From: Eledone cirrhosa
Lineage: Eukaryota
Direction: 5' to 3'
Assembly (NCBI GenBank): GCA_964016885.1
Contig: OZ024752.1
Location: 31,372,001 to 31,436,000 of the forward strand
DNA length: 64,000 nt
The notes beneath the pieces are model-generated. The model made no database searches. It was not told the DNA's origin and worked only from the letters and a program-made list of their open reading frames with translations. The translations under genes and the position numbers were made by a program. Shown in pieces: positions 48,252 through 64,000 of this stretch; position 1 is the first letter of the stretch, and every line of letters starts with the position of its first letter.

Positions 48252-51200
48252 TTACAGATATATACTCAGAGTCGGCCCATTCACTCGGGCCATTCTTGCT
48301 TCTCTCACCCATCTTTCAACAAAATGCTGGGAAGAGAGCACTTCCTTCTCTACTCTGATTTTCCTTTTCAAATGAAATTTGAAAAAGTCAATCAGAGCAT
48401 CACCGAAGAGGTAAGTGCTCGTCTTCAGCCCTTTCAAACGTGTCCACCATACTATCTCTTTCGCCATGGCCACCAGACAGATAAAAACTGCCTGCCCTTC
48501 CCGGCTAAAGGAGGAGGGCGGGGCAATCCTCACGATAGACTCAGATGATAGCTGGATCCGTCCTAAACGCGACAGCAGGTGTTCGACATAAACCCACAAG
48601 TCAGCAATTTTCGGACACTGGACGAGTGCGTGCAGGACGGTTTCGTCGCCCTGCGCGCATCTCGGACATGCCCGGCTGACGGCACCTCCATGCCTGTAGA
48701 GTTTATCCCGAACTGGCAAGGCTCCTCGGTAGCACTGCCAGGCCAGAGATTTCTGGAAGTTGTCCATAGGCCCTGGCCCGAAGGTTCTTCCGAAGAGATT
48801 GGCTAGTTGATTTTCGTCGACGCCTAGAGTTTCCCCAAGTACGTCGTCGCTCTTCCCCTCCACTAATCCTCTATAGAACGCCGAGGTGGAGTTTCCACCG
48901 ATCACATTGCCCGATTGGTCGAGGGCTGTGAGCGCCTGAAGACATTCCAGTCTCCAGGCGCTCCCTCTCGGTCTTCGCTTGACCCAGGACTGCAGCTCCG
49001 TCAAGGAAACGAGCTGGGGAAAAACGCGTCTAGCAAACGGCGACCACACCTGATCACCGTCGAGGAAGAGGTGGAGATGTCGTAGCCTGAGCGCGTGCCT
49101 GCGCATCATCAGCCACGGCATGCCCAGCCCTCCACGTAGCGGGTGTTGACAACAGATGGACCGCCTGACCATCGGAGCACGTCCCTTCCACAAAAAGCGA
49201 AAGAGCAAACGCTCCAGCGCAGTCAGGCGAGGCTTAGGACAAGGTACGACGGTTAGGCGGTAGCAGATGACAGACGCGATGTACGCGTTAGCCACCTCCG
49301 CTCGACCTTTCAGGGATAGCTTCCTCTCCGCCCATTTCTGGGTGAGAGAAGCCACCCTGCTCGTCACCTCGTCCCAGTTTTTGTCCGTCTGGAGGTCCGG
49401 ACCGAACCAGACCCCTAGCAATTTAACCGGTCCGTCCGTCCAGCGCCCGACGACGCTGTTGGACGGCATGGACCTGCCTCTCCAGGTGCCGAGCTGCAGG
49501 CCCACTGACTTTTCCTGGTTGATCATTGCTCCTGTCACCGCTTCGTATTCTCTTAGTGTAGTGCCGATCGCCTCGATGTGTTTGGCGTTCGACACCACTA
49601 CGGTGACATCGTCCGCATATGCTGACACGGATCTTCCGCATCCTAGTTCGCGCGGGACTCCCCTCAACGTCTCCAGTTTGTGCAGTAATGGCTCGAGAGT
49701 CAATACGTACAAGAGGGACGAGAGGGGACATCCTTGGCGGACCGAGCGCATGATGTTGAACGGTTCCGACAGGTGACCGTTCACTCTCACCACAGAGCAG
49801 ATGTCGCTGTGCATGGCAGCGATCCAGCCTCTGAAGACGGGCCCAAAGCCAGCCGCCCTCAGGACTGCCGCTAGGTAACGATGGTCGACCCTATCGAAAG
49901 CTTTCGACTGATCTAAATTGATCAAGGACCCACCCGTGCCAGGTTCCCTAGCTACCCTCTCTACGATGTATCGCATGAGGTGGAGGTTGTCGTGGATGGA
50001 TCTGTCGGGAATGGCGCATGTCTGCGCCTCTCCCACCAGACCACCAACGACAAGCGCCAACCTCTTTGCTAGCACCTTGGCCAAAATCTTAAACTCTGTG
50101 TTTAGCAGAGTTATGGGCCGGAAATTGTCTATGTTATCCCCCTTGTTCGGATCCTTTCTCAGCAGTGCCACCGCTCCTCGGCTCACAGAACTGGGAATTC
50201 TCCCGTTCTGTTGCCAGTTGCAGTAGACGTCCGCCAAGAGGCCTCCGAACAAGTCTGGCATCTGTACGTAAAGTTCATAGGGCAGACCATCTAAACCAGG
50301 CGATTTACCCCTTGTGCAGCCAGTCATTGCCTCCCGTACTTCAGCGGCTGTTATCGGCTTTTCGCAACACCTCGCCTCAGTGGCCGAGAGCCGCGGCAGT
50401 CCGTCGAGGTAGACACTAAAGTCCATCCCTCTACCCGGCCCCCCGCTGCCCCCGAACAGCTGAGCGAAGTGTCGCTGAAAAGCTTCACACATTTTCCCGG
50501 GATCGAGTAGCATGCGCCCGTCGTGGTCCACCAAAGACCGGATCGTGGCTTTGTTGCCACGACGCGCCTCCGCCACTCGGGCCCATTGAACGGCTTTCGT
50601 CCCCTCGTGTCTGAGAGCACGCACCCTAGCTCTGACAACGCAGCCTTCGTGCTTTGCATTGAAGAATTGGTCAAGGGCCAATTTCGCCGCAAGCACGTCG
50701 GTCGCAATGCCTTTGCTAAGCGCCTCGTCTAATTTTCTAACTAGTTCTCCCTCTGCTCTATTTTTCTCTATTGCTAAAGCCTTACTAAACCTAATCGATT
50801 CTATTCTAATCGCTCTTTTCAGAGCAAACCACCACTTGTTGTTGACGATGGCCCCCGTCAACGCCCGCTTAACTAGTTCGCTAATCCGGTCTCTGTAGGC
50901 CTTGCGCGCTGGTAAGGACGCGTTTAGCTTCCAGTAGCCGGGTCCTCGTCTATGAAGCCTATCTAAGTCAAGCACACAGGTCACGAATTTGTGGTCCGTG
51001 TAGCTGACTATCTTGAATTGTGGACAGCCTATGCTAGACCTATCTATTTCCCTACAAAATACTCTATCTAGATATGATCTGGATGACCCTATGCGGTTTG
51101 TCCAAGTCCACATTGGCACATTCGGGAAATCCAATCGGTACCTGTCAGACAGTTCAAAACGCCTGAGCAGGTTGGTGAGGCTCTTGCACCCTCCACCCCT

Positions 51201-51671
51201 ATCCGCTAATCCCACACAGTCCCAGCGTGCATCTAAGATCCCGTTCCAGTCGCCCACTAACACTAAAGAGCGGGACGTTCCAAGAAAGGTCTCCAGACGC
51301 CGGAAGAAATCAGGCCGCCCTGCTCCTGTCGGGGCATAGACGGCCACTAGCCTGAAAGCTTGCCCGTCTCCGCTGGTCACGTCCAGCACCACCAGCTTAC
51401 CCTCTGGGTCCAGGAAGATGGCCCGTATGGCGAGATCCAAACCTCTCCGAAAAAGCACAGCAACTCCTCCACCCGATCCAGGACGGCTGGGAGATGCGTA
51501 CACATCGTAGCCGCCGAAGATCGGTGCGAAGGCCCGTGCTTCGGAGATTCTGGTCTCGCTGATGGCCACTACATCTATGTTTAGTGACCTGAGGTCGTTG
51601 AGCAGGTGACCCTGCTTCCATGACGACCCCAAGCCACGCGCATTTATGCTGCCTATTCTGAGTGAGGTCAT
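48252..51671 (-). CDS. ORF2: APE endonuclease, reverse transcriptase and C-terminal Cys/His finger (1139 aa)
   Basis: SINARGL, ISET, GDWN, SYLDR, TDH, GPGYWKLN, KSPGLDGL, RPITLLN, LDQSKAFDRV, RQGCPLS, YADD, CPRC..H..C. Confidence 0.96.
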   Translation of the reverse strand: MTSLRIGSINARGLGSSWKQGHLLNDLRSLNIDVVAISETRISEARAFAPIFGGYDVYASPSRPGSGGGVAVLFRRGLDLAIRAIFLDPEGKLVVLDVTSGDGQAFRLVAVYAPTGAGRPDFFRRLETFLGTSRSLVLVGDWNGILDARWDCVGLADRGGGCKSLTNLLRRFELSDRYRLDFPNVPMWTWTNRIGSSRSYLDRVFCREIDRSSIGCPQFKIVSYTDHKFVTCVLDLDRLHRRGPGYWKLNASLPARKAYRDRISELVKRALTGAIVNNKWWFALKRAIRIESIRFSKALAIEKNRAEGELVRKLDEALSKGIATDVLAAKLALDQFFNAKHEGCVVRARVRALRHEGTKAVQWARVAEARRGNKATIRSLVDHDGRMLLDPGKMCEAFQRHFAQLFGGSGGPGRGMDFSVYLDGLPRLSATEARCCEKPITAAEVREAMTGCTRGKSPGLDGLPYELYVQMPDLFGGLLADVYCNWQQNGRIPSSVSRGAVALLRKDPNKGDNIDNFRPITLLNTEFKILAKVLAKRLALVVGGLVGEAQTCAIPDRSIHDNLHLMRYIVERVAREPGTGGSLINLDQSKAFDRVDHRYLAAVLRAAGFGPVFRGWIAAMHSDICSVVRVNGHLSEPFNIMRSVRQGCPLSSLLYVLTLEPLLHKLETLRGVPRELGCGRSVSAYADDVTVVVSNAKHIEAIGTTLREYEAVTGAMINQEKSVGLQLGTWRGRSMPSNSVVGRWTDGPVKLLGVWFGPDLQTDKNWDEVTSRVASLTQKWAERKLSLKGRAEVANAYIASVICYRLTVVPCPKPRLTALERLLFRFLWKGRAPMVRRSICCQHPLRGGLGMPWLMMRRHALRLRHLHLFLDGDQVWSPFARRVFPQLVSLTELQSWVKRRPRGSAWRLECLQALTALDQSGNVIGGNSTSAFYRGLVEGKSDDVLGETLGVDENQLANLFGRTFGPGPMDNFQKSLAWQCYRGALPVRDKLYRHGGAVSRACPRCAQGDETVLHALVQCPKIADLWVYVEHLLSRLGRIQLSSESIVRIAPPSSFSREGQAVFICLVAMAKEIVWWTRLKGLKTSTYLFGDALIDFFKFHLKRKIRVEKEVLSSQHFVERWVREARMARVNGPTLSIYL

Positions 51672-51706
51672 GTTTAAAATAGAGTGGAAAAGATGGGAAA
51701 GACCAC

Positions 51707-53803
51707 TTACCGTACTTTTGGTAGAGGAGGGATGGTTTTTACATCCCTTTTCACTTGATCGTCTGGTGAAGGGACCGTTGAATCGTCCCTTCGGCTGGTC
51801 GTCGGCTCTTCTAAGAGAATGTCTGAATATACTCTTCGATTAATGGTTCCTCCTAGGTCCCTGAAATCACCAACTGCGTTGGGGAATTTCGTTTTAATGT
51901 TTGTGTATTGTTTCTGTGCTATTTTTAGCAGTCTTATGTTAGTTGGCGTTTTGATTGGTGCTGGTATTATGTAGTCCTGTTGTGAAATGTCTGTGTGTTC
52001 AATTATGTAAGTCATTAGTTTCTTGTTGTGTGTGTTTATTGCCGTGCATTTGTTTTTCTGGGGGTGAGGTGTGGTTCTGCTATTTTCTTGTCGTTGTTGC
52101 TGGGTGTGTGTGTTTTGTTGTTGTGTTTGCGATGTTGGTGCTTGTGGTGGTGGTGTTGAAGGTGTTGTTGGCGGTGGGGTTGTCGCCGGTGGTGATGGTG
52201 GTGCTGGTGTGGGTGGTGATGGTGTTGGTGGTGTTGCTGCTGTGGGTCTCTTTGCAGTAGACTTTACCCTTTTCTCATTTCTTTCCTCCCTTTTCAAAGG
52301 CGACGATGCGCTGCTTCTGCGTTTGTGCCTTCTTGAGACCTTTTGCCATCCCTCTCCCACCTCACACTCCATGTCTGATTCTGTAAGGTCGGGGAGGGGT
52401 ACCAGCTCCACTCTTTCACTTGTTGTTGTTGGTGATGTTTGCACTGGAGTCTCTGTTGCAGCTGCATTTGGTATTGCTGTTGTTGTTGTTAATATTTCCA
52501 CTGCTGCTGCTGTCTTTGATTTCCGTGGAGTGGGTATGGGTGCCACGGACCTATCGTTCCTGGTTGCCGCTTGTCCTGTTGCTGGTAGCCGTGGAACCGG
52601 ATTCGGGAGGAGGGGGGTTTTCTCCTTTCTCATGGTCTTCTCGTTGCAGAAGGCCCTGAGGTGAGTCTTCGATCCACAGCGAAAGCATTTCGGGCGTTTG
52701 CCCTCAACACTTATGGGCAGTTGAGTGCCGTTATCGAAGTCTATCACATCCGGGATAGCTTCGATGCACTCCTGGTTGGTTTGGATTAGCATCTCAATGG
52801 AGGAGCCGACCCAATCTTCTCTTACTTTTTTCTGTACTTGCAGTACAGTTGTTTTGTCCTCGATTCCGACGAGGACAGACGCGGCCAGCCAAGAAGGGGT
52901 CATTCCGGGGGGGACGTGGGTCAGTTTGACCCTCACAATTTTTTGCCCGCAGTAGGAGGGCACCAACACCATTTCCTCGCTCCTTAGGGTCACTACTGAT
53001 TGGGCCTTTGCCTCCTGGGGTGTGGCAAAAAGTACGTCTACGGTGGCGTATTTTTTGCCTCGGGTGATGTGCGTTTTCCTCTGCCACACAGACCCCAAGG
53101 CTTTTTGTATTTGGGCCTCTGTGGCTCTTTCCACCCTACGGGATTTTGTACTTACTGTACGGTACGTGACCGTACAGTGCTCTTGGGTTTCGAAAAAATT
53201 TTTCGCTGCCTTGCAGATTGCTCGGTGTCCGTTCTTTGTCACCATCTTCTTCGCTTCCTCTAATTCCTCATTTGTTATGAGGATTGTTTCCAGGTTTTTC
53301 GCAATACCTGCAAATGAGATTGGTTTTTCTCTGCTGTTGTTGTTGTCGTCAGAGCTGCTGGTACTTTTGTTGTTGCTGCAGGTACTACGACTACTGCCTC
53401 CGCCGCTGTTGCTGTGGTTGTTGTTGGTGTTGCTGCTGCTAATGCTGTTGTTGTTTATGCTGCTGGTGATGCTGTTGCGGCTGCTACTGTTGTTTTCATT
53501 GTCACTGTTGCTGTTGTTATTACGGCTGCTACTGCTATTATTCCTGACGTCAGACGAATGAACTGGGTTTTCGTATTTCCCGCACACCTGTTTCGTCGCT
53601 GTCGTCGTCGTCGTGGAGAAACCTTGCACGCTTTGCACGAGACTTTTCTTTTCTTTCGTCACTTGCGAAAGAGAAGGGAGGGAGAGAGACACATTTAAAG
53701 AAGGGAGGGAGAGAGACAATCTTCTCTCTGCTGTAGTGATGATTGAGGAAGAAGAAGACGGAATGAGTGGGAGTGACGTATGAAATTTCTTTTTGGTAGC
53801 CAT
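51707..53803 (-). CDS. ORF1: gag-like nucleic-acid-binding protein with CCHC knuckle (698 aa from ATG)
   Basis: CFRCGSKTHLRAFC; Ser/Asn- and Pro/Thr-rich tracts; directly upstream of ORF2. Confidence 0.88.
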   Translation of the reverse strand: MATKKKFHTSLPLIPSSSSSIITTAERRLSLSLPSLNVSLSLPSLSQVTKEKKSLVQSVQGFSTTTTTATKQVCGKYENPVHSSDVRNNSSSSRNNNSNSDNENNSSSRNSITSSINNNSISSSNTNNNHSNSGGGSSRSTCSNNKSTSSSDDNNNSREKPISFAGIAKNLETILITNEELEEAKKMVTKNGHRAICKAAKNFFETQEHCTVTYRTVSTKSRRVERATEAQIQKALGSVWQRKTHITRGKKYATVDVLFATPQEAKAQSVVTLRSEEMVLVPSYCGQKIVRVKLTHVPPGMTPSWLAASVLVGIEDKTTVLQVQKKVREDWVGSSIEMLIQTNQECIEAIPDVIDFDNGTQLPISVEGKRPKCFRCGSKTHLRAFCNEKTMRKEKTPLLPNPVPRLPATGQAATRNDRSVAPIPTPRKSKTAAAVEILTTTTAIPNAAATETPVQTSPTTTSERVELVPLPDLTESDMECEVGEGWQKVSRRHKRRSSASSPLKREERNEKRVKSTAKRPTAATPPTPSPPTPAPPSPPATTPPPTTPSTPPPQAPTSQTQQQNTHTQQQRQENSRTTPHPQKNKCTAINTHNKKLMTYIIEHTDISQQDYIIPAPIKTPTNIRLLKIAQKQYTNIKTKFPNAVGDFRDLGGTINRRVYSDILLEEPTTSRRDDSTVPSPDDQVKRDVKTIPPLPKVR

Positions 53804-54016
53804 GTTTTTTTGTTTAAAATGAAATTTTGGGTACAAAACCCCAATAACTGGTTATTTAACCCCGAAGGGCCAAATAACGGACAGAAAGACCCCTCTCACG
53901 AGGAGGAGGGTGTCTTTATCAACAATTTGGTTCAAGTTTTAAACAATTTACAATTGTTTTAACGGTTAAAAATTACTATACCTTACAGAGCCGAGCCTCC
54001 GTCAACCATGGCATTC

Positions 54017-54245
54017 AATAATAATAATAATAATAAAACCACCACCACAACTAGTACTACTACTGCCGCTGTTGCTGCTAATAATACTACTACTACTAAA
54101 ACCACCACCACTACTACTACTACTACTGCTACTGCCGCTGCTGCTGCTAATACTACTACTACTACTACTACAAATAAAACCACCACCACTACTATTACTA
54201 CTACTGCCGCTGCTGCTGCTACTACTATTACTGCTGTTACAGCTT
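54017..54245. repeat. Compound (AAT/ACC/ACT/GCT)n microsatellite M; mirror copy at 60261-60489
   Basis: Directly visible. Confidence 0.93.
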
Positions 54246-56850
<2,605 letters not shown>

Positions 56851-56853
<3 letters not shown>

Positions 56854-57648
56854 GTAATAAACAATATTAGGCAATTATTCCATTTACCAGTGGTTTCTTA
56901 AAAGCAAAAAATGTTGCTTTCAATCATCAGAATGAAAAAATCCTGGTCTGTTTATTGAATTTGGATTTTAAAAAACAAAAATGCAATCTATATGAAAGTG
57001 AGGCTGGAGAAGGAAGAAGGAAAGGAAAAATAAAATAAAAACACACATGCAAACACACACACACACAAATGCATACATACACACACACACACATATATAT
57101 ATATATACATACACTCATACATACACACACACATATACACATATATATGTGTATATATATACACACATACACATACATATACACATACATACATACACAC
57201 ATAAATATCAACACATCCATACATACACATACATATATACAACCACATACACATATATACACACATATATATATAAATATAAATATATATATATGCATAC
57301 ACATACATAGCCATACACACATACATATACATACATACATACATACAATCATACCTATATACACACGTACATACATACACATACATAAATGCATACATAT
57401 GCATGTACAAAATTAGAAAAATATACACACATGCAAATAAATATAAGAAAAAATATATATTTTTTATTTTATTTTTTTTTTCCTTCTTCCTTCTCCAGCC
57501 TCACTTTCATATAGATTGCATTTTTGTTTTTTAAAATCCAAATTCAATAAACAGACCAGGATTTTTTCATTCTGATGATTGAAAGCAACATTTTTTGCTT
57601 TTAAGAAACCACTGGTAAATGGAATAATTGCCTAATATTGTTTATTAC

Positions 57649-57651
<3 letters not shown>
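56851..57651. mobile_element. Element X (family G) copy 2, centre of the large palindrome; hammerheads at 56881-56934 (-) and 57568-57621 (+)
   Basis: The outer left arm has the right-arm variant (AATATTAG) and the inner part has the left-arm sequence and forward spacer of 44760-45200. Confidence 0.9.
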
Positions 57652-60260
<2,609 letters not shown>

Positions 60261-60702
60261 AAGCTGTAACAGCAGTAATAGTAGTAGCAGCAGCAGCGGC
60301 AGTAGTAGTAATAGTAGTGGTGGTGGTTTTATTTGTAGTAGTAGTAGTAGTAGTATTAGCAGCAGCAGCGGCAGTAGCAGTAGTAGTAGTAGTAGTGGTG
60401 GTGGTTTTAGTAGTAGTAGTATTATTAGCAGCAACAGCGGCAGTAGTAGTACTAGTTGTGGTGGTGGTTTTATTATTATTATTATTATTGAATGCCATGG
60501 TTGACGGAGGCTCGGCTCTGTAAGGTATAGTAATTTTTAACCGTTAAAACAATTGTAAATTGTTTAAAACTTGAACCAAATTGTTGATAAAGACACCCTC
60601 CTCCTCGTGAGAGGGGTCTTTCTGTCCGTTATTTGGCCCTTCGGGGTTAAATAACCAGTTATTGGGGTTTTGTACCCAAAATTTCATTTTAAACAAAAAA
60701 AC

Positions 60703-62793
60703 ATGGCTACCAAAAAGAAATTTCATACGTCACTCCCACTCATTCCGTCTTCTTCTTCCTCAATCATCACTACAGCAGAGAGAAGATTGTCTCTCTCCCT
60801 CCCTTCTTTAAATGTGTCTCTCTCCCTCCCTTCTCTTTCGCAAGTGACGAAAGAAAAGAAAAGTCTCGTGCAAAGCGTGCAAGGTTTCTCCACGACGACG
60901 ACGACAGCGACGAAACAGGTGTGCGGGAAATACGAAAACCCAGTTCATTCGTCTGACGTCAGGAATAATAGCAGTAGCAGCCGTAATAACAACAGCAACA
61001 GTGACAATGAAAACAACAGTAGCAGCCGCAACAGCATCACCAGCAGCATAAACAACAACAGCATTAGCAGCAGCAACACCAACAACAACCACAGCAACAG
61101 CGGCGGAGGCAGTAGTCGTAGTACCTGCAGCAACAACAAAAGTACCAGCAGCTCTGACGACAACAACAACAGCAGAGAAAAACCAATCTCATTTGCAGGT
61201 ATTGCGAAAAACCTGGAAACAATCCTCATAACAAATGAGGAATTAGAGGAAGCGAAGAAGATGGTGACAAAGAACGGACACCGAGCAATCTGCAAGGCAG
61301 CGAAAAATTTTTTCGAAACCCAAGAGCACTGTACGGTCACGTACCGTACAGTAAGTACAAAATCCCGTAGGGTGGAAAGAGCCACAGAGGCCCAAATACA
61401 AAAAGCCTTGGGGTCTGTGTGGCAGAGGAAAACGCACATCACCCGAGGCAAAAAATACGCCACCGTAGACGTACTTTTTGCCACACCCCAGGAGGCAAAG
61501 GCCCAATCAGTAGTGACCCTAAGGAGCGAGGAAATGGTGTTGGTGCCCTCCTACTGCGGGCAAAAAATTGTGAGGGTCAAACTGACCCACGTCCCCCCCG
61601 GAATGACCCCTTCTTGGCTGGCCGCGTCTGTCCTCGTCGGAATCGAGGACAAAACAACTGTACTGCAAGTACAGAAAAAAGTAAGAGAAGATTGGGTCGG
61701 CTCCTCCATTGAGATGCTAATCCAAACCAACCAGGAGTGCATCGAAGCTATCCCGGATGTGATAGACTTCGATAACGGCACTCAACTGCCCATAAGTGTT
61801 GAGGGCAAACGCCCGAAATGCTTTCGCTGTGGATCGAAGACTCACCTCAGGGCCTTCTGCAACGAGAAGACCATGAGAAAGGAGAAAACCCCCCTCCTCC
61901 CGAATCCGGTTCCACGGCTACCAGCAACAGGACAAGCGGCAACCAGGAACGATAGGTCCGTGGCACCCATACCCACTCCACGGAAATCAAAGACAGCAGC
62001 AGCAGTGGAAATATTAACAACAACAACAGCAATACCAAATGCAGCTGCAACAGAGACTCCAGTGCAAACATCACCAACAACAACAAGTGAAAGAGTGGAG
62101 CTGGTACCCCTCCCCGACCTTACAGAATCAGACATGGAGTGTGAGGTGGGAGAGGGATGGCAAAAGGTCTCAAGAAGGCACAAACGCAGAAGCAGCGCAT
62201 CGTCGCCTTTGAAAAGGGAGGAAAGAAATGAGAAAAGGGTAAAGTCTACTGCAAAGAGACCCACAGCAGCAACACCACCAACACCATCACCACCCACACC
62301 AGCACCACCATCACCACCGGCGACAACCCCACCGCCAACAACACCTTCAACACCACAAGCACCAACATCGCAAACACAACAACAAAACACACACACCCAG
62401 CAACAACGACAAGAAAATAGCAGAACCACACCCCACCCCCAGAAAAACAAATGCACGGCAATAAACACACACAACAAGAAACTAATGACTTACATAATTG
62501 AACACACAGACATTTCACAACAGGACTACATAATACCAGCACCAATCAAAACGCCAACTAACATAAGACTGCTAAAAATAGCACAGAAACAATACACAAA
62601 CATTAAAACGAAATTCCCCAACGCAGTTGGTGATTTCAGGGACCTAGGAGGAACCATTAATCGAAGAGTATATTCAGACATTCTCTTAGAAGAGCCGACG
62701 ACCAGCCGAAGGGACGATCCAACGGTCCCTTCACCAGACGATCAAGTGAAAAGGGATGTAAAAACCATCCCTCCTCTACCAAAAATACGGTAA
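60703..62793 (+). CDS. ORF1 of the second copy (696 aa from ATG)
   Basis: Same protein with a 2-Pro indel and S/P and V/I changes. Confidence 0.88.
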   Translation: MATKKKFHTSLPLIPSSSSSIITTAERRLSLSLPSLNVSLSLPSLSQVTKEKKSLVQSVQGFSTTTTTATKQVCGKYENPVHSSDVRNNSSSSRNNNSNSDNENNSSSRNSITSSINNNSISSSNTNNNHSNSGGGSSRSTCSNNKSTSSSDDNNNSREKPISFAGIAKNLETILITNEELEEAKKMVTKNGHRAICKAAKNFFETQEHCTVTYRTVSTKSRRVERATEAQIQKALGSVWQRKTHITRGKKYATVDVLFATPQEAKAQSVVTLRSEEMVLVPSYCGQKIVRVKLTHVPPGMTPSWLAASVLVGIEDKTTVLQVQKKVREDWVGSSIEMLIQTNQECIEAIPDVIDFDNGTQLPISVEGKRPKCFRCGSKTHLRAFCNEKTMRKEKTPLLPNPVPRLPATGQAATRNDRSVAPIPTPRKSKTAAAVEILTTTTAIPNAAATETPVQTSPTTTSERVELVPLPDLTESDMECEVGEGWQKVSRRHKRRSSASSPLKREERNEKRVKSTAKRPTAATPPTPSPPTPAPPSPPATTPPPTTPSTPQAPTSQTQQQNTHTQQQRQENSRTTPHPQKNKCTAINTHNKKLMTYIIEHTDISQQDYIIPAPIKTPTNIRLLKIAQKQYTNIKTKFPNAVGDFRDLGGTINRRVYSDILLEEPTTSRRDDPTVPSPDDQVKRDVKTIPPLPKIR

Positions 62794-62828
62794 GTGGTCT
62801 TTCCCATCTTTTCCACTCTATTTTAAAC

Positions 62829-64000
62829 ATGACCTCACTCAGAATAGGCAGCATAAATGCGCGTGGCTTGGGGTCGTCATGGAAGCAGGGTCACCTGCTC
62901 AACGACCTCAGGTCACTAAACATAGATGTAGTGGCCATCAGCGAGACCAGAATCTCCGAAGCACGGGCCTTCGCACCGATCTTCGGCGGCTACGATGTGT
63001 ACGCATCTCCCAGCCGTCCTGGATCGGGTGGAGGAGTTGCTGTGCTTTTTCGGAGAGGTTTGGATCTCGCCATACGGGCCATCTTCCTGGACCCAGAGGG
63101 TAAGCTGGTGGTGCTGGACGTGACCAGCGGAGACGGGCAAGCTTTCAGGCTAGTGGCCGTCTATGCCCCGACAGGAGCAGGGCGGCCTGATTTCTTCCGG
63201 CGTCTGGAGACCTTTCTTGGAACGTCCCGCTCTTTAGTGTTAGTGGGCGACTGGAACGGGATCTTAGATGCACGCTGGGACTGTGTGGGATTAGCGGATA
63301 GGGGTGGAGGGTGCAAGAGCCTCACCAACCTGCTCAGGCGTTTTGAACTGTCTGACAGGTACCGATTGGATTTCCCGAATGTGCCAATGTGGACTTGGAC
63401 AAACCGCATAGGGTCATCCAGATCATATCTAGATAGAGTATTTTGTAGGGAAATAGATAGGTCTAGCATAGGCTGTCCACAATTCAAGATAGTCAGCTAC
63501 ACGGACCACAAATTCGTGATCTGTGTGCTTGACTTAGATAGGCTTCATAGACGAGGACCCGGCTACTGGAAGCTAAACGCGTCCTTACCAGCGCGCAAGG
63601 CCTACAGAGACCGGATTAGCGAACTAGTTAAGCGGGCGTTGACGGGGGCCATCGTCAACAACAAGTGGTGGTTTGCTCTGAAAAGAGCGATTAGAATAGA
63701 ATCGATTAGGTTTAGTAAGGCTTTAGCAATAGAGAAAAATAGAGCAGAGGGAGAACTAGTTAGAAAATTAGACGAGGCGCTTAGCAAAGGCATTGCGACC
63801 GACGTGCTTGCGGCGAAATTGGCCCTTGACCAATTCTTCAATGCAAAGCACGAAGGCTGCGTTGTCAGAGCAAGGGTGCGTGCTCTCAGACACGAGGGGA
63901 CGAAAGCCGTTCAATGGGCCCGAGTGGCGGAGGCGCGTCGTGGCAACAAAGCCACGATCCGGTCTTTGGTGGACCACGACGGGCGCATGCTACTCGATCC
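62829..64000 (+). CDS. ORF2 N-terminal part (APE domain and linker), truncated by the window edge
   Basis: ATGACCTCACTC at 62829, mirror of 51671. Confidence 0.92.
   Translation, partial: MTSLRIGSINARGLGSSWKQGHLLNDLRSLNIDVVAISETRISEARAFAPIFGGYDVYASPSRPGSGGGVAVLFRRGLDLAIRAIFLDPEGKLVVLDVTSGDGQAFRLVAVYAPTGAGRPDFFRRLETFLGTSRSLVLVGDWNGILDARWDCVGLADRGGGCKSLTNLLRRFELSDRYRLDFPNVPMWTWTNRIGSSRSYLDRVFCREIDRSSIGCPQFKIVSYTDHKFVICVLDLDRLHRRGPGYWKLNASLPARKAYRDRISELVKRALTGAIVNNKWWFALKRAIRIESIRFSKALAIEKNRAEGELVRKLDEALSKGIATDVLAAKLALDQFFNAKHEGCVVRARVRALRHEGTKAVQWARVAEARRGNKATIRSLVDHDGRMLLD

Larger units (their letters stand above)
47991..54016 (-). mobile_element. Full-length, intact Tx1-type (L1 group) non-LTR retrotransposon
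   Basis: 5' UTR after (ATT)n, ORF1, 35-nt spacer, ORF2, and 3' UTR ending CCCTTGTGGTTAATAAAGAAAT. Confidence 0.92.
60490..64000 (+). mobile_element. Tx1-type element, second copy (runs off the window)
   Basis: Mirror of 50500-54016 with six differences seen. Confidence 0.93.

Overview
Eukaryotic, apparently gene-free repeat landscape; the SINE content suggests an octopus/cephalopod genome (from recollection, not a search). About half of 465-45900 is interrupted (TA)n microsatellite, which produces nearly all of the 'YIYI' ORFs (artefacts). The arrays are a landing pad for retroelements: two 5'-truncated CR1/L2-group LINE ends, a bipartite RTE-derived element (2 copies), two tRNA-derived SINE families, and many Penelope-like (PLE) remnants, including a GIY-YIG ORF at 3414-4470 and a Naiad-type ORF at 36086-36964 missed by the ORF track. 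The main signal, read by eye: most non-LINE, non-SINE islands carry a minimal type I hammerhead ribozyme motif (about 15 distinct families, about 30 copies, several core variants). Most of these islands are asymmetric fold-backs, with one arm reaching a fixed 3' end and the other stopping at a fixed internal TA-rich site. The junctions often sit in hairpins, including the ribozyme's own stems. This fits twin priming from both strands of the self-complementary (TA)n target (inference). From 44.6 kb on there is a DUP-TRP/INV-DUP-like rearrangement: a 2.6-kb block in three copies (middle inverted) and an intact Tx1-type L1 element in two opposite copies, forming a palindrome of at least 13.5 kb centred on one fold-back element. 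No ribozyme activity or family assignment has been tested computationally.
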